Below are positions 47,594 through 58,305 of a stretch of 64,000 nt of DNA, in pieces. The stretch's first letter is position 1. Each line of letters starts with the position of its first letter. The position numbers and the translations under genes were made by a program. The notes below the pieces were generated by a model that was not told where the DNA came from, searched no databases, and worked only from the letters and a program-made list of their open reading frames with translations. The DNA is from Escherichia phage vB_Eco_QOTSP, in the sequence record OY720014; one strand, written 5' to 3'.

Positions 47594-49278
47594 AGAATTT
47601 TAAACTAAATCGAGTTAGGTATCAAAATATAATGTCAGTAGGTGGAAATCCTATTGACATTCAATTAGATAAGGTTCAAAAAACTCTTATTACTGGACGA
47701 AATGGCGGTGGTAAGTCTACTATGTTAGAAGCCATCACATTTGGGCTTTTTGGCAAGCCATTCCGTGATGTAAAGAAAGGTCAATTAATAAACAGCACAA
47801 ATAAGAAAGAACTTTTAGTTGAACTGTGGATGGAATATGATGAGAAAAAGTACTATATCAAAAGAGGACAAAAACCAAACGTTTTCGAAATCACCGTTAA
47901 CGGTACACGTCTTAATGAATCTGCCAGCAGTAAAGATTTCCAAGCAGAATTTGAACAGCTTATCGGAATGTCATATGCCAGTTTCAAGCAGATTGTTGTC
48001 CTTGGTACAGCAGGGTATACCCCTTTCATGGGTTTGTCGACCCCTGCGCGAAGAAAGCTCGTGGAAGACCTGCTCGAGGTAGGAACATTAGCTGAAATGG
48101 ATAAGCTTAATAAAGCACTAATACGTGAATTAAATTCACAAAACCAAGTGCTTGATGTTAAAAAAGATAGTATTATCCAACAAATTAAAATATATAATGA
48201 TAACGTTGAACGCCAGAAAAAATTAACGGGTGACAACCTTACTCGTCTTCAAAATATGTATGATGATTTGGCAAAAGAAGCTAGAACGCTAAAATCGGAA
48301 ATAGAAGAAGCTAATGAAAGATTAGTTAATATTGTTTTAGATGAAGACCCGACTGATGCATTTAATAAAATCGGTCAAGAAGCAGTTTTAATTAAATCAA
48401 AAATTGACTCGTATAATAAAGTCATTAATATGTATCACGAAGGTGGATTATGTCCAACCTGCTTGTCACAATTAAGTTCCGGTGATAAAGTTGTTTCTAA
48501 AATTAAAGATAAAGTTTCTGAATGTACGCATTCGTTTGAACAGCTTTCAACACATCGTGATAATTTAAAAGTTCTTGTTGATGAATACCGAGATAATATT
48601 AAAACCCAGCAGTCGTTGGCAAATGATATTCGCAATAAAAAGCAATCTCTAATCACGACGGTAGATAAAGCTAAAAAAGTTAAAGCAGCTATAGAAAAAG
48701 CATCTTCTGAGTTTATTGACCATGCTGATGAAATAGCACTGCTTCAAGAAGAACTTGATAAAATTGTTAAGACAAAAACTAATTTAGTAATGGAAAAATA
48801 CCACCGAGGAATTTTGACTGATATGCTCAAAGATTCTGGTATTAAAGGTGCTATTATTAAAAAGTACATTCCATTATTTAATAAGCAGATTAACCATTAT
48901 CTTAAAATAATGGAAGCGGATTATGTGTTTACATTAGATGAAGAATTTAATGAGACAATTAAATCCCGTGGTCGTGAAGATTTTAGTTATGCTTCATTCA
49001 GTCAAGGTGAAAAAGCGCGAATTGATATTGCTCTTTTATTTACTTGGCGTGATATTGCTGAAAAAGTTTCAGGTGTTAAAATAAGTTGTTTATTTCTTGA
49101 TGAAGTGTATGACGGTGCATTTGATGCTGAAGGTATTAAAAATGTAGCTAAAATTTTAGATGGTTTGAAGGATACCAACTTCTTCATAATTTCACATAAA
49201 GACCATGACCCACAAGAATATGGTCAGCATATTCAGATGGAAAAAGTTGGTAGATTTAGTTTAGCTAAGATTAGCTAA
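47590..49278 (+). CDS. 46: gp46 recombination ATPase subunit (Rad50/SbcC-like), 562 aa
   Basis: Walker A GRNGGGKST, central coiled coil with CPTC zinc hook, C-terminal signature/Walker B; GTG start. Confidence 0.92.
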   Translation: MKNFKLNRVRYQNIMSVGGNPIDIQLDKVQKTLITGRNGGGKSTMLEAITFGLFGKPFRDVKKGQLINSTNKKELLVELWMEYDEKKYYIKRGQKPNVFEITVNGTRLNESASSKDFQAEFEQLIGMSYASFKQIVVLGTAGYTPFMGLSTPARRKLVEDLLEVGTLAEMDKLNKALIRELNSQNQVLDVKKDSIIQQIKIYNDNVERQKKLTGDNLTRLQNMYDDLAKEARTLKSEIEEANERLVNIVLDEDPTDAFNKIGQEAVLIKSKIDSYNKVINMYHEGGLCPTCLSQLSSGDKVVSKIKDKVSECTHSFEQLSTHRDNLKVLVDEYRDNIKTQQSLANDIRNKKQSLITTVDKAKKVKAAIEKASSEFIDHADEIALLQEELDKIVKTKTNLVMEKYHRGILTDMLKDSGIKGAIIKKYIPLFNKQINHYLKIMEADYVFTLDEEFNETIKSRGREDFSYASFSQGEKARIDIALLFTWRDIAEKVSGVKISCLFLDEVYDGAFDAEGIKNVAKILDGLKDTNFFIISHKDHDPQEYGQHIQMEKVGRFSLAKIS

Positions 49279-49987
49279 GTTTATATTTACAGTTATCATT
49301 ATGCCATCTTGATAAATTTCCGAAAGTGGTAACTTTACCACAATGGACGCAAGTACCAGTCTTTTCAGTTTTCTTGCGTCCATTTGGATTTTTCTTGCAG
49401 AAATTTCTATGCGCTGCGATAACGCATTTCTTGCCTATCATTCCGCAGAATTCGCAGGATGTTTCTTCAAGAACGATTGCTTTAAGCCCGTTTGAGATAT
49501 TATTTCTGTGTTCTTTAGACATTGGTGGTCTAACTTTAGGATTAGGGTGATTTGGGCAGTTATCAAAATGCCAACGATTCATATTCCCGCTTAATCCAGA
49601 CTTACCGCAATGAGGACAAGTTAGTCTTGCTTTATTAGCTACTGCATCAGACATTTTCTTTCGTGTCTCCTGGGAGAATTCTTTATTCTTTTCTATTTCC
49701 CAGAGTTTACGACGAATCCAACCGAAAGTTTTATTGTTGCGTTTAGCGTATTTCGTAGAAACTGTCATCATGTTAGCAGCATAGACTAATTTTGGTTCAG
49801 AAGGATAAATTTTTACTAAAAGTTGATGAGCTACATAGTGCTCTTCTGGTGTTAAATCTACTAAGTTTGAAGCATCATCGCTGCCATTTAAACAGCGTGG
49901 TATAATGTGATGAGATTCAGTATAACAATCAAGTTTTCGAGATTTAGCATTAGAGATTAACTTTTCATAAATTAGTTTATAATTCAT
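49271..49987 (-). mobile_element. free-standing HNH homing endonuclease with three Cys2-His-Cys repeats (238 aa)
   Basis: HNH motif ESHHIIPRCLNGSDDASNLVDLTPEEHYVAH; three C-x2-C...RWH-x-DNC-like repeats; opposite strand to all neighbours; 3' end overlaps gene 46 stop. Confidence 0.8.
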
Positions 49988-50020
49988 AACATATCCTTTT
50001 GATACAGCGAGTGATAAACA

Positions 50021-50028
50021 TATTTATA
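50021..50028 (-). promoter_or_regulatory. late promoter (TATAAATA on minus strand) for the HNH gene
   Basis: Plus-strand TATTTATA about 30 nt upstream of the minus-strand ATG. Confidence 0.5.
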
Positions 50029-50038
50029 CGGAGGAACT

Positions 50039-50230
50039 GTGGCAGAATATTCAACTGGACAGCATCTATTAACTATTCCTGAAATAAAACGATATATTCT
50101 GAGAAATAATTTTTCTAATGAAGAGCATATAGTTACTGAATCTATGCTTAGGAATGCATTTAAATCAGAATATACAAAAATAATGTCCAATAGAAATGAA
50201 GCTTGGACTGTTACTGATTATTATGACTAA
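50039..50230 (+). CDS. small protein 45.2-like (63 aa)
   Basis: GTG start after GGAGGA RBS. Confidence 0.45.
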   Translation: MAEYSTGQHLLTIPEIKRYILRNNFSNEEHIVTESMLRNAFKSEYTKIMSNRNEAWTVTDYYD

Positions 50231-50239
50231 AGGTGTATT

Positions 50240-50629
50240 ATGACTAAAATTACTGTGAATTATACTGTTGATGTAAAAGATATTCAGCCAAAACACGTGC
50301 GTTCTGAATCAAATCCACAAAACCAAAATAAAATTCGTCGAGCATGGGTTTTGTCTCTTTCTGATAACGCAATGGAAGTTATTCAGAACAAAATTAAATC
50401 TGCACCTGCTCGTCATGCGTATTATGAAGCTATCGATCGTGAAGTAAGTAATAAATGGATTGAACTAATGCGCAAACATACTACAGAATCCCTAAACGCC
50501 GGTGCTAAATTTATTATGACTTCATGTGGTGAACGTCTTGAAGATGATTATTGCGGTAATGCAGATGAACGTCTAATTGTTGCTGCTCAAATTGTTGCCG
50601 AAACAATCGCAGCTGATTTTAATCGTTAA
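50240..50629 (+). CDS. rpbA: RpbA RNA-polymerase-binding protein (129 aa)
   Basis: 129 aa ORF immediately upstream of gene 45. Confidence 0.75.
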
Positions 50630-50655
50630 TTGCTTTATTAAATTAGTTATAAAAT
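50628..50655 (+). promoter_or_regulatory. middle promoter (MotA box) for gene 45
   Basis: TTGCTTTA MotA-box-like element about 10-12 bp upstream of TATAAAAT. Confidence 0.5.
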
Positions 50656-50684
50656 TAAATCTCATTTGAATTGAAGGAAATTAC

Positions 50685-51371
50685 ATGAAACTGTCTAAAG
50701 ATACTACTGCTCTGCTTAAAAATTTCGCTACTATTAACTCCGGTATTATGCTTAAATCCGGTCAATTTATTATGACTCGCGCAGTTAATGGTACAACTTA
50801 CGCGGAAGCAAATATTTCTGACACTATTGATTTTGATGTAGCAATTTACGATTTAAACGGTTTTCTTGGTATTCTGTCTCTAGTTAATGATGATGCAGAA
50901 ATTTCCCAGTCAGAAGATGGAAATATTAAAATTGCTGATGCCCGTTCAACAATTTTTTGGCCAGCAGCCGATCCGAGTACAGTAGTTGCTCCTAATAAAC
51001 CAATTCCATTCCCGGTAGCATCTGTTGTTACTGAAATTAAAGCTGAAGACCTTCAACAACTGTTGCGTGTATCTCGTGGTCTGCAGATTGATACAATTGC
51101 TATCACGGTAAAAGAAGGTAAAATCGTAATTAACGGTTTTAATAAAGTAGAAGATTCTGCTTTGACTCGTGTTAAATATTCTTTGACTCTTGGTGATTAT
51201 GATGGTGAAAATACATTTAATTTCATTATCAATATGGCAAATATGAAAATGCAACCAGGAAATTATAAACTTCTGCTCTGGGCAAAAGGTAAACAAGGTG
51301 CTGCTAAATTTGAAGGTGAACATGCGAATTATGTAGTAGCTCTTGAAGCTGATTCTACCCACGATTTTTAA
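50685..51371 (+). CDS. 45: gp45 sliding clamp (228 aa)
   Basis: 228 aa acidic protein; synteny 45-44-62-regA-43. Confidence 0.95.
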   Translation: MKLSKDTTALLKNFATINSGIMLKSGQFIMTRAVNGTTYAEANISDTIDFDVAIYDLNGFLGILSLVNDDAEISQSEDGNIKIADARSTIFWPAADPSTVVAPNKPIPFPVASVVTEIKAEDLQQLLRVSRGLQIDTIAITVKEGKIVINGFNKVEDSALTRVKYSLTLGDYDGENTFNFIINMANMKMQPGNYKLLLWAKGKQGAAKFEGEHANYVVALEADSTHDF

Positions 51372-51374
51372 TAG

Positions 51375-51395
51375 AGGGCTTCGGCCCTTTATAAT
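51375..51395 (+). terminator. UUCG-tetraloop hairpin between 45 and 44
   Basis: AGGGCTTCGGCCCT followed by TTATAATTT. Confidence 0.5.
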
Positions 51396-51422
51396 TTACA
51401 CTAAAACTTGAATGAGGAAATT

Positions 51423-52382
51423 ATGATTACCGTAAATGAAAAAGAACACATTCTTGAACAGAAATATCGTCCATCTACTATCGATGAATGTATTCTTCCC
51501 GCCTTTGATAAAGAAACCTTTAAATCTATTACAAGTAAAGGTAAGATTCCACATATTATTCTTCATTCTCCTTCTCCAGGAACAGGTAAAACAACTGTAG
51601 CAAAAGCATTGTGTCATGATGTAAATGCTGATATGATGTTTGTGAATGGTTCAGATTGTAAAATTGATTTCGTTCGTGGTCCTTTGACTAATTTTGCCAG
51701 CGCCGCTTCATTTGATGGTCGTCAAAAAGTAATCGTTATTGATGAATTTGACCGTTCAGGTTTAGCAGAATCTCAGCGACATCTTCGTTCCTTTATGGAA
51801 GCTTATAGTTCAAACTGTAGTATTATTATTACTGCTAACAATATTGATGGTATTATTAAACCGCTTCAGTCACGCTGCCGAGTTATTACATTCGGTCAAC
51901 CAACTGATGAAGATAAAATTGAAATGATGAAGCAGATGATTCGTCGATTGACTGAAATCTGTAAACATGAAGGAATTGCTATAGCTGATATGAAAGTTGT
52001 AGCAGCTTTGGTTAAAAAGAATTTTCCTGATTTTCGTAAAACTATTGGCGAGCTCGATAGTTATTCATCTAAAGGTGTTTTGGATGCTGGTATTTTATCA
52101 CTGGTTACTAACGATCGTGGTGCTATTGATGATGTTCTTGAGTCTCTCAAAAATAAAGATGTTAAACAACTCAGAGCTTTAGCACCAAAATATGCAGCCG
52201 ATTATTCGTGGTTCGTGGGTAAACTTGCCGAAGAAATCTATTCACGTGTAACTCCACAGAGTATTATTCGTATGTACGAAATTGTCGGCGAAAATAATCA
52301 GTATCATGGTATTGCAGCTAATACTGAATTGCATTTAGCTTATCTTTTCATTCAGTTAGCATGTGAAATGCAGTGGAAGTGA
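51423..52382 (+). CDS. 44: gp44 clamp-loader large subunit, AAA+ (319 aa)
   Basis: Walker [11 protein letters not shown], Walker B VIVIDEFD; ATG after GAGGAA gives 319 aa. Confidence 0.95.
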
Positions 52383-52383
52383 T

Positions 52384-52947
52384 ATGAGCTTATTTGAAGA
52401 TGATATTCAATTAAACGAGCATCAAGTTGCTTGGTATTCAAAAGATTGGACAGCTGTCCAATCCGCTGCTGATTCTTTTAAAGAAAAAGCTGAAAATGAG
52501 TTTTTTGAAATAATTGGAGCTATTAATAATAAAACTAAATGCTCTATTGCTCAAAAAGATTATTCAAAATTCATGGTTGAAAATGCATTATCACAATTTC
52601 CAGAGTGCATGCCAGCTGTATATGCTATGAATTTAATTGGATCAGGTTTAAGTGATGAAGCTCATTTTAATTATCTAATGGCTGCAGTTCCTCGTGGTAA
52701 AAGATATGGTAAATGGGCAAAACTGGTTGAAGATTCCACCGAAGTATTGATTATTAAGTTACTTGCTAAACGGTATCAAGTTAATACAAATGATGCAATT
52801 AACTATAAATCAATTCTTACTAAAAATGGAAAACTTCCTTTAGTATTAAAAGAACTAAAAGGTTTAGTCACGGATGATTTTTTGAAAGAAGTGACTAAGA
52901 ACGTAAAAGAACAGAAACAACTCAAAAAACTAGCATTGGAATGGTAA
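52384..52947 (+). CDS. 62: gp62 clamp-loader small subunit (187 aa)
   Basis: ATG overlapping the gene 44 stop (TGATATG); 187 aa. Confidence 0.9.
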   Translation: MSLFEDDIQLNEHQVAWYSKDWTAVQSAADSFKEKAENEFFEIIGAINNKTKCSIAQKDYSKFMVENALSQFPECMPAVYAMNLIGSGLSDEAHFNYLMAAVPRGKRYGKWAKLVEDSTEVLIIKLLAKRYQVNTNDAINYKSILTKNGKLPLVLKELKGLVTDDFLKEVTKNVKEQKQLKKLALEW

Positions 52948-52948
52948 A

Positions 52949-53317
52949 ATGATTGAAATTACTCTTAAAAAACCTGAAGATTTTCTGAAAGTAAAAGAAA
53001 CTTTGACTCGTATGGGAATTGCTAATAATAAAGATAAAGTTCTGTATCAGTCCTGTCATATTCTTCAGAAAAAAGGACTATACTATATCGTTCATTTTAA
53101 AGAAATGCTTCGTATGGATGGCCGTCAAGTTGAAATGACAGAAGAAGATGAAGTTCGTCGTGATTCGATTGCATGGCTATTAGAAGATTGGGGACTGATT
53201 GAAATCGTTCCTGGTCAAAGAACTTTTATGAAAGATTTAACTAATAACTTCCGAGTTATTTCTTTTAAACAAAAACATGAATGGAAACTCGTTCCTAAAT
53301 ATACGATTGGTAATTAA
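52949..53317 (+). CDS. regA: RegA translational repressor (122 aa)
   Basis: 122 aa; MIEITLKKPEDFLKVKETLTRMGIANNKDKVLYQSCHILQKKGLYYIVHFKEM... Confidence 0.92.
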   Translation: MIEITLKKPEDFLKVKETLTRMGIANNKDKVLYQSCHILQKKGLYYIVHFKEMLRMDGRQVEMTEEDEVRRDSIAWLLEDWGLIEIVPGQRTFMKDLTNNFRVISFKQKHEWKLVPKYTIGN

Positions 53318-53327
53318 GGTAAATTAT

Positions 53328-53564
53328 ATGACACAATCAGAGATTCAGTTTACCGAAGCTTTTCTAATATTCGAAAATCTAAAACAAACATATGGTCTGT
53401 CTTCTACCCAACTGGTTTTTGACCTCCCGGAAGATAAACAAATAGAATTCCAAAAAGAATTCCAACGATTAGTTTACCCACGCCAACGCGCATTTCATGC
53501 GATTATCAAAACCACAAATACAGATGGCAAGTCCGTTATATCGCGTCGTACAATAGAAATTTAA
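53328..53564 (+). CDS. hypothetical small protein (78 aa)
   Basis: ATG after AAGGTAAATTAT; lies between regA and gene 43. Confidence 0.4.
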   Translation: MTQSEIQFTEAFLIFENLKQTYGLSSTQLVFDLPEDKQIEFQKEFQRLVYPRQRAFHAIIKTTNTDGKSVISRRTIEI

Positions 53565-53569
53565 AGCAA

Positions 53570-53592
53570 AGGGGCTTCGGCCCCTTATTTGG
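53570..53592 (+). terminator. rho-independent terminator
   Basis: AGGGGCTTCGGCCCCT hairpin plus TATTTGG. Confidence 0.6.
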
Positions 53593-53644
53593 AGTATAAT
53601 ATATCAAGAGCCTAATAACTCGGGCTATAAACTAAGGAATATCT

Positions 53645-56341
53645 ATGAAAGAATTTTATATCTCTATCGAAACAGTTGGAAATAACATTGTTGAACGTTA
53701 TATTGATGAAAACGGAAAGGAACGTACTCGTGAAGTAGAATATCTTCCAACTATGTTTAGGCATTGTAAGGAAGAGTCAAAATACAAAGACATCTATGGT
53801 AAAAACTGTGCTCCTCAAAAATTTCCATCAATGAAAGATGCACGAGACTGGATGAAGCGAATGGAAGACATCGGTCTCGAAGCTCTCGGTATGAACGATT
53901 TTAAACTCGCTTATATCAGTGATACATATGGTTCAGAAATTGTTTATGACCGAAAATTTGTTCGTGTAGCTAACTGTGACATTGAGGTTACTGGTGATAA
54001 ATTTCCTGACCCAATGAAAGCAGAATATGAAATTGATGCTATCACTCATTACGATTCAATTGACGATCGTTTTTACGTCTTTGATTTGTTGAATTCAATG
54101 TACGGTTCAGTATCAAAATGGGATGCAAAGTTAGCTGCTAAGCTCGACTGTGAAGGTGGTGATGAAGTTCCTCAAGAAATTCTTGACCGAGTAATTTATA
54201 TGCCATTCGATAATGAGCGTGATATGCTCATGGAATATATCAATCTCTGGGAACAGAAACGACCTGCTATTTTTACTGGTTGGAATATTGAGGGATTTGA
54301 CGTTCCGTATATCATGAATCGCGTTAAAATGGTTCTCGGTGAACGCAGTATGAAACGTTTCTCTCCAATCGGTCGAGTAAAATCTAAACTTATCCAAAAT
54401 ATGTACGGTAGCAAAGAAATTTATTCTATTGATGGCGTATCTATTCTTGATTATTTAGATTTGTATAAGAAATTCGCATTTACTAATTTGCCGTCATTCT
54501 CTTTGGAATCAGTTGCTCAGCATGAAACCAAAAAAGGTAAATTACCGTATGATGGTCCTATTAATAAACTTCGTGAGACTAATCATCAACGATACATTAG
54601 TTATAACATCATTGACGTAGAATCAGTTCAAGCAATTGATAAAATTCGCGGGTTTATCGATCTAGTTTTAAGTATGTCTTATTACGCTAAAATGCCTTTT
54701 TCCGGTGTAATGAGTCCTATTAAAACTTGGGATGCTATTATTTTTAACTCATTGAAAGGTGAACATAAGGTTATTCCTCAGCAAGGTTCACACGTTAAAC
54801 AGAGTTTTCCGGGTGCATTTGTGTTTGAACCTAAACCAATTGCTCGTCGATATATTATGAGTTTTGACTTGACGTCTCTGTATCCGAGCATTATTCGTCA
54901 GGTTAACATTAGTCCTGAGACTATTCGTGGTCAGTTTAAAGTTCATCCAATTCATGAATATATCGCAGGAACAGCTCCTAAACCGAGTGATGAATATTCT
55001 TGTTCTCCGAATGGATGGATGTATGATAAGCATCAAGAAGGTATCATTCCAAAGGAAATCGCTAAAGTATTTTTCCAGCGTAAAGATTGGAAAAAGAAAA
55101 TGTTCGCTGAAGAAATGAATGCCGAAGCTATTAAAAAGATTATTATGAAAGGCGCAGGGTCTTGTTCAACTAAACCTGAAGTTGAACGATATGTTAAGTT
55201 CAGTGATGATTTCTTAAATGAACTATCGAATTATACTGAATCTGTTCTCAATAGTCTGATTGAAGAATGTGAAAAAGCAGCTACACTTGCTAACACAAAT
55301 CAGCTAAACCGTAAAATTCTCATTAACAGTCTTTATGGTGCTCTTGGTAATATTCATTTCCGTTACTATGATTTGCGAAATGCTACTGCTATCACAATTT
55401 TCGGCCAAGTTGGTATTCAGTGGATTGCTCGTAAAATTAATGAATATCTGAATAAAGTATGCGGAACTAATGGCGAAGATTTCATTGCAGCAGGTGATAC
55501 TGATTCGGTATATGTTTGTGTAGATAAAGTTATTGAAAAAGTTGGTCTTGACCGATTCAAAGAGCAGAACGATTTAGTTGAATTTATGAATCAGTTCGGT
55601 AAGAAAAAGATGGAACCTATGATTGATGTTGCATATCGTGAGTTATGTGATTATATGAATAACCGCGAGCATCTGATGCATATGGACCGTGAAGCTATTT
55701 CTTGTCCTCCGCTTGGTTCAAAGGGCGTTGGCGGATTTTGGAAAGCGAAAAAGCGTTATGCTCTGAACGTTTATGATATGGAAGATAAGCGTTTTGCTGA
55801 ACCACATCTAAAAATCATGGGTATGGAAACTCAGCAGAGTTCAACGCCTAAAGCGGTCCAAGAAGCTCTCGAAGAAAGTATTCGTCGTATTCTTCAGGAA
55901 GGTGAAGAGTCTGTCCAAGAATATTACAAGAACTTCGAGAAAGAATATCGTCAACTTGACTATAAAGTTATTGCTGAAGTAAAAACTGCGAACGATATAG
56001 CGAAATATGATGATAAAGGTTGGCCAGGATTTAAATGTCCGTTCCATATTCGTGGTGTGCTAACTTATCGTCGAGCTGTTAGCGGTTTAGGTGTAGCTCC
56101 AATTTTGGATGGAAATAAAGTAATGGTTCTTCCATTGCGTGAAGGAAATCCATTTGGTGACAAGTGCATTGCTTGGCCGTCGGGAACAGAACTTCCAAAA
56201 GAAATTCGTTCTGACGTACTGTCTTGGATTGACTACTCAACTTTGTTCCAAAAATCGTTTGTTAAACCGCTTGCGGGCATGTGTGAATCGGCTGGTATGG
56301 ACTATGAAGAAAAAGCTTCGTTAGACTTCCTGTTTGGCTGA
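53645..56341 (+). CDS. 43: gp43 DNA polymerase, family B (898 aa)
   Basis: 898 aa; MKEFYISIETVGNNIVERYIDENGKERTREVEYLP...; exonuclease and polymerase motifs (DxE, YGDTDS). Confidence 0.98.
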   Translation: MKEFYISIETVGNNIVERYIDENGKERTREVEYLPTMFRHCKEESKYKDIYGKNCAPQKFPSMKDARDWMKRMEDIGLEALGMNDFKLAYISDTYGSEIVYDRKFVRVANCDIEVTGDKFPDPMKAEYEIDAITHYDSIDDRFYVFDLLNSMYGSVSKWDAKLAAKLDCEGGDEVPQEILDRVIYMPFDNERDMLMEYINLWEQKRPAIFTGWNIEGFDVPYIMNRVKMVLGERSMKRFSPIGRVKSKLIQNMYGSKEIYSIDGVSILDYLDLYKKFAFTNLPSFSLESVAQHETKKGKLPYDGPINKLRETNHQRYISYNIIDVESVQAIDKIRGFIDLVLSMSYYAKMPFSGVMSPIKTWDAIIFNSLKGEHKVIPQQGSHVKQSFPGAFVFEPKPIARRYIMSFDLTSLYPSIIRQVNISPETIRGQFKVHPIHEYIAGTAPKPSDEYSCSPNGWMYDKHQEGIIPKEIAKVFFQRKDWKKKMFAEEMNAEAIKKIIMKGAGSCSTKPEVERYVKFSDDFLNELSNYTESVLNSLIEECEKAATLANTNQLNRKILINSLYGALGNIHFRYYDLRNATAITIFGQVGIQWIARKINEYLNKVCGTNGEDFIAAGDTDSVYVCVDKVIEKVGLDRFKEQNDLVEFMNQFGKKKMEPMIDVAYRELCDYMNNREHLMHMDREAISCPPLGSKGVGGFWKAKKRYALNVYDMEDKRFAEPHLKIMGMETQQSSTPKAVQEALEESIRRILQEGEESVQEYYKNFEKEYRQLDYKVIAEVKTANDIAKYDDKGWPGFKCPFHIRGVLTYRRAVSGLGVAPILDGNKVMVLPLREGNPFGDKCIAWPSGTELPKEIRSDVLSWIDYSTLFQKSFVKPLAGMCESAGMDYEEKASLDFLFG

Positions 56342-56353
56342 TAGAATAAATCT

Positions 56354-56376
56354 AGGGACCTCCGGGTCCCTTTTTC
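56354..56376 (+). terminator. rho-independent terminator after gene 43
   Basis: GGGACCTCCGGGTCCC hairpin plus TTTTT. Confidence 0.7.
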
Positions 56377-56457
56377 ATACAAGTAATATAAATCTATACT
56401 TATGAAAAACAGATGATTCTGGACATTTAGAATTCCCTAAAAAATTTTCACAAAACT

Positions 56458-56490
56458 GTTTACAAGAATGTTCTTCCATGGTACTATACA
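56458..56490 (+). promoter_or_regulatory. early promoter with UP-like element
   Basis: AAAAAATTTTCACAAAACTGTTTACA...TGGTACTATACAACTATCAACTACTGA. Confidence 0.65.
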
Positions 56491-56524
56491 ACTATCAACT
56501 ACTGATACGGATTTGGAGAATAAA

Positions 56525-56761
56525 ATGAAAATTGTTATGGGATGCTTAGCAGTTTGTTTAGTTGCATTAGCAGCAGTTCCATTTGTTAGTGTTGAAAATG
56601 ATACTCAACCTGTGATTGAATCTAGCACTGTTATTCACACTAATGGTAAAATATCAGTTAAAATTGATGATAATCTTCATGTGAATACAAATGGATCTTT
56701 AGGTGTGCAAATGGGTAATACCTGCATAAGCACTACTGAAGTAATTACTACTTGCATTTGA
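56525..56761 (+). CDS. secreted small protein (79 aa)
   Basis: Signal peptide MKIVMGCLAVCLVALAAVPFVSV; internal ATG of track ORF 56468. Confidence 0.5.
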   Translation: MKIVMGCLAVCLVALAAVPFVSVENDTQPVIESSTVIHTNGKISVKIDDNLHVNTNGSLGVQMGNTCISTTEVITTCI

Positions 56762-56771
56762 GGAAATTATT

Positions 56772-57152
56772 ATGAAAATCGCTATTTTGGTTATTGCATT
56801 AGGTCTTACTGGTTGTGTAGCTCAAGGACCGGTAGTAAATCAGTCTGATGCAGGAAAAATTGTAAACTGTTCAAGCAAATTTTATAATCCTAATGTCAAG
56901 TGTTATAAAGAAGCTCCAAAGCAAACAGTCGAACAAATGCAGGCGAATTTTGACGAAGCTATTCGTCCAGATGAATCTGCTCAAGCATATCGTAATTCGG
57001 ATGTAATTACACGCGAAGAAAAAATTGAAAACTACTGCGCCGAGCTTTGGGCTAATTGGGCTAATAATTACCAATGGCGTACTGGTAAAAATGCTCCGAT
57101 GGAGTATGTAGTGAATTCTTATAATTCATGTGTAAAAAATTTGACTAAGTGA
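56772..57152 (+). CDS. putative lipoprotein (126 aa)
   Basis: Signal peptide with lipobox LTGC. Confidence 0.55.
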   Translation: MKIAILVIALGLTGCVAQGPVVNQSDAGKIVNCSSKFYNPNVKCYKEAPKQTVEQMQANFDEAIRPDESAQAYRNSDVITREEKIENYCAELWANWANNYQWRTGKNAPMEYVVNSYNSCVKNLTK

Positions 57153-57159
57153 GGAAAAT

Positions 57160-57411
57160 ATGGAAACTTTAGTAGCAGGTTCAATTTTTATGGTTTTAGT
57201 TTCAGGTGTGTTGGCTATTATTATATACATGCTTCCATGGTTTATTGCTTTGATGCGTGGGTCAAAATCGACAGTAGGAATCTTTTTCACATCTTTACTG
57301 TTTAACTGGTCAATTATTGGTTGGTTTATTACATTTATTTGGTCAATTGCGGGTGAAACTAAAAAGTCTGCACAACCAAATCAGGTAATTATCATCAGAG
57401 ATAAGGAATGA
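57160..57411 (+). CDS. imm: Imm superinfection-immunity membrane protein (83 aa)
   Basis: 83 aa with two transmembrane helices; position between 43 and 42. Confidence 0.8.
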   Translation: METLVAGSIFMVLVSGVLAIIIYMLPWFIALMRGSKSTVGIFFTSLLFNWSIIGWFITFIWSIAGETKKSAQPNQVIIIRDKE

Positions 57412-57564
57412 AAAGCAAAATTATAACAGTGTTGCTTTTAATCTTGATGATTATAATAAGTATATACTATAGTGTAACGGTTCCTCTTATGATTCCAACT
57501 ATTATTTTAGGTTGGGGTTTATTACTGTTACAAGTTAAATATGAATGTATCAATTGAGGTTTAA

Positions 57565-58305
57565 ATGATTAGTGACTCTATGACAGTTGAAGAAATCCGT
57601 CTTCATTTGGGGCTTGCATTAAAAGAAAAAGATTTCGTAGTTGATAAAACTGGTGTTAAAACTATTGAAATTATTGGCGCATCATTTGTAGCAGATGAAC
57701 CGTTTATTTTTGGTGCTCTTAATGATGAATACATTCAGCGCGAACTTGAATGGTATAAATCTAAGAGCTTGTTTGTTAAAGATATTCCAGGTGAAACACC
57801 AAAGATTTGGCAGCAGGTAGCATCTTCTAAAGGCGAAATTAACTCGAATTATGGTTGGGCTATTTGGTCAGAAGATAACTATGCCCAGTATGATATGTGT
57901 TTAGCTGAACTTGGTCAAAATCCTGATTCTCGGCGTGGTATCATGATTTATACTCGTCCATCCATGCAATTTGACTACAATAAAGATGGTATGTCAGATT
58001 TCATGTGTACTAATACAGTACAGTACCTGATTCGTGATAAGAAAGTCAATGCAGTAGTAAGCATGCGCTCAAATGACGTGGTCTTCGGATTCCGTAATGA
58101 TTATGCATGGCAAAAATACGTATTAGATAAATTAGTATCTGATTTGAATGCAGGCGATTCAACTCGTCAGTATAAAGCAGGTTCTATTATATGGAATGTT
58201 GGAAGTCTTCATGTATATTCTCGTCATTTTTACTTGGTTGATCATTGGTGGAATACTGGCGAAACTCATATTGTGAAAAAAGACTATAAAGGTGAGTGGA
58301 AATGA
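57565..58305 (+). CDS. 42: gp42 dCMP hydroxymethylase (246 aa)
   Basis: 246 aa thymidylate-synthase-fold protein; synteny. Confidence 0.92.
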   Translation: MISDSMTVEEIRLHLGLALKEKDFVVDKTGVKTIEIIGASFVADEPFIFGALNDEYIQRELEWYKSKSLFVKDIPGETPKIWQQVASSKGEINSNYGWAIWSEDNYAQYDMCLAELGQNPDSRRGIMIYTRPSMQFDYNKDGMSDFMCTNTVQYLIRDKKVNAVVSMRSNDVVFGFRNDYAWQKYVLDKLVSDLNAGDSTRQYKAGSIIWNVGSLHVYSRHFYLVDHWWNTGETHIVKKDYKGEWK

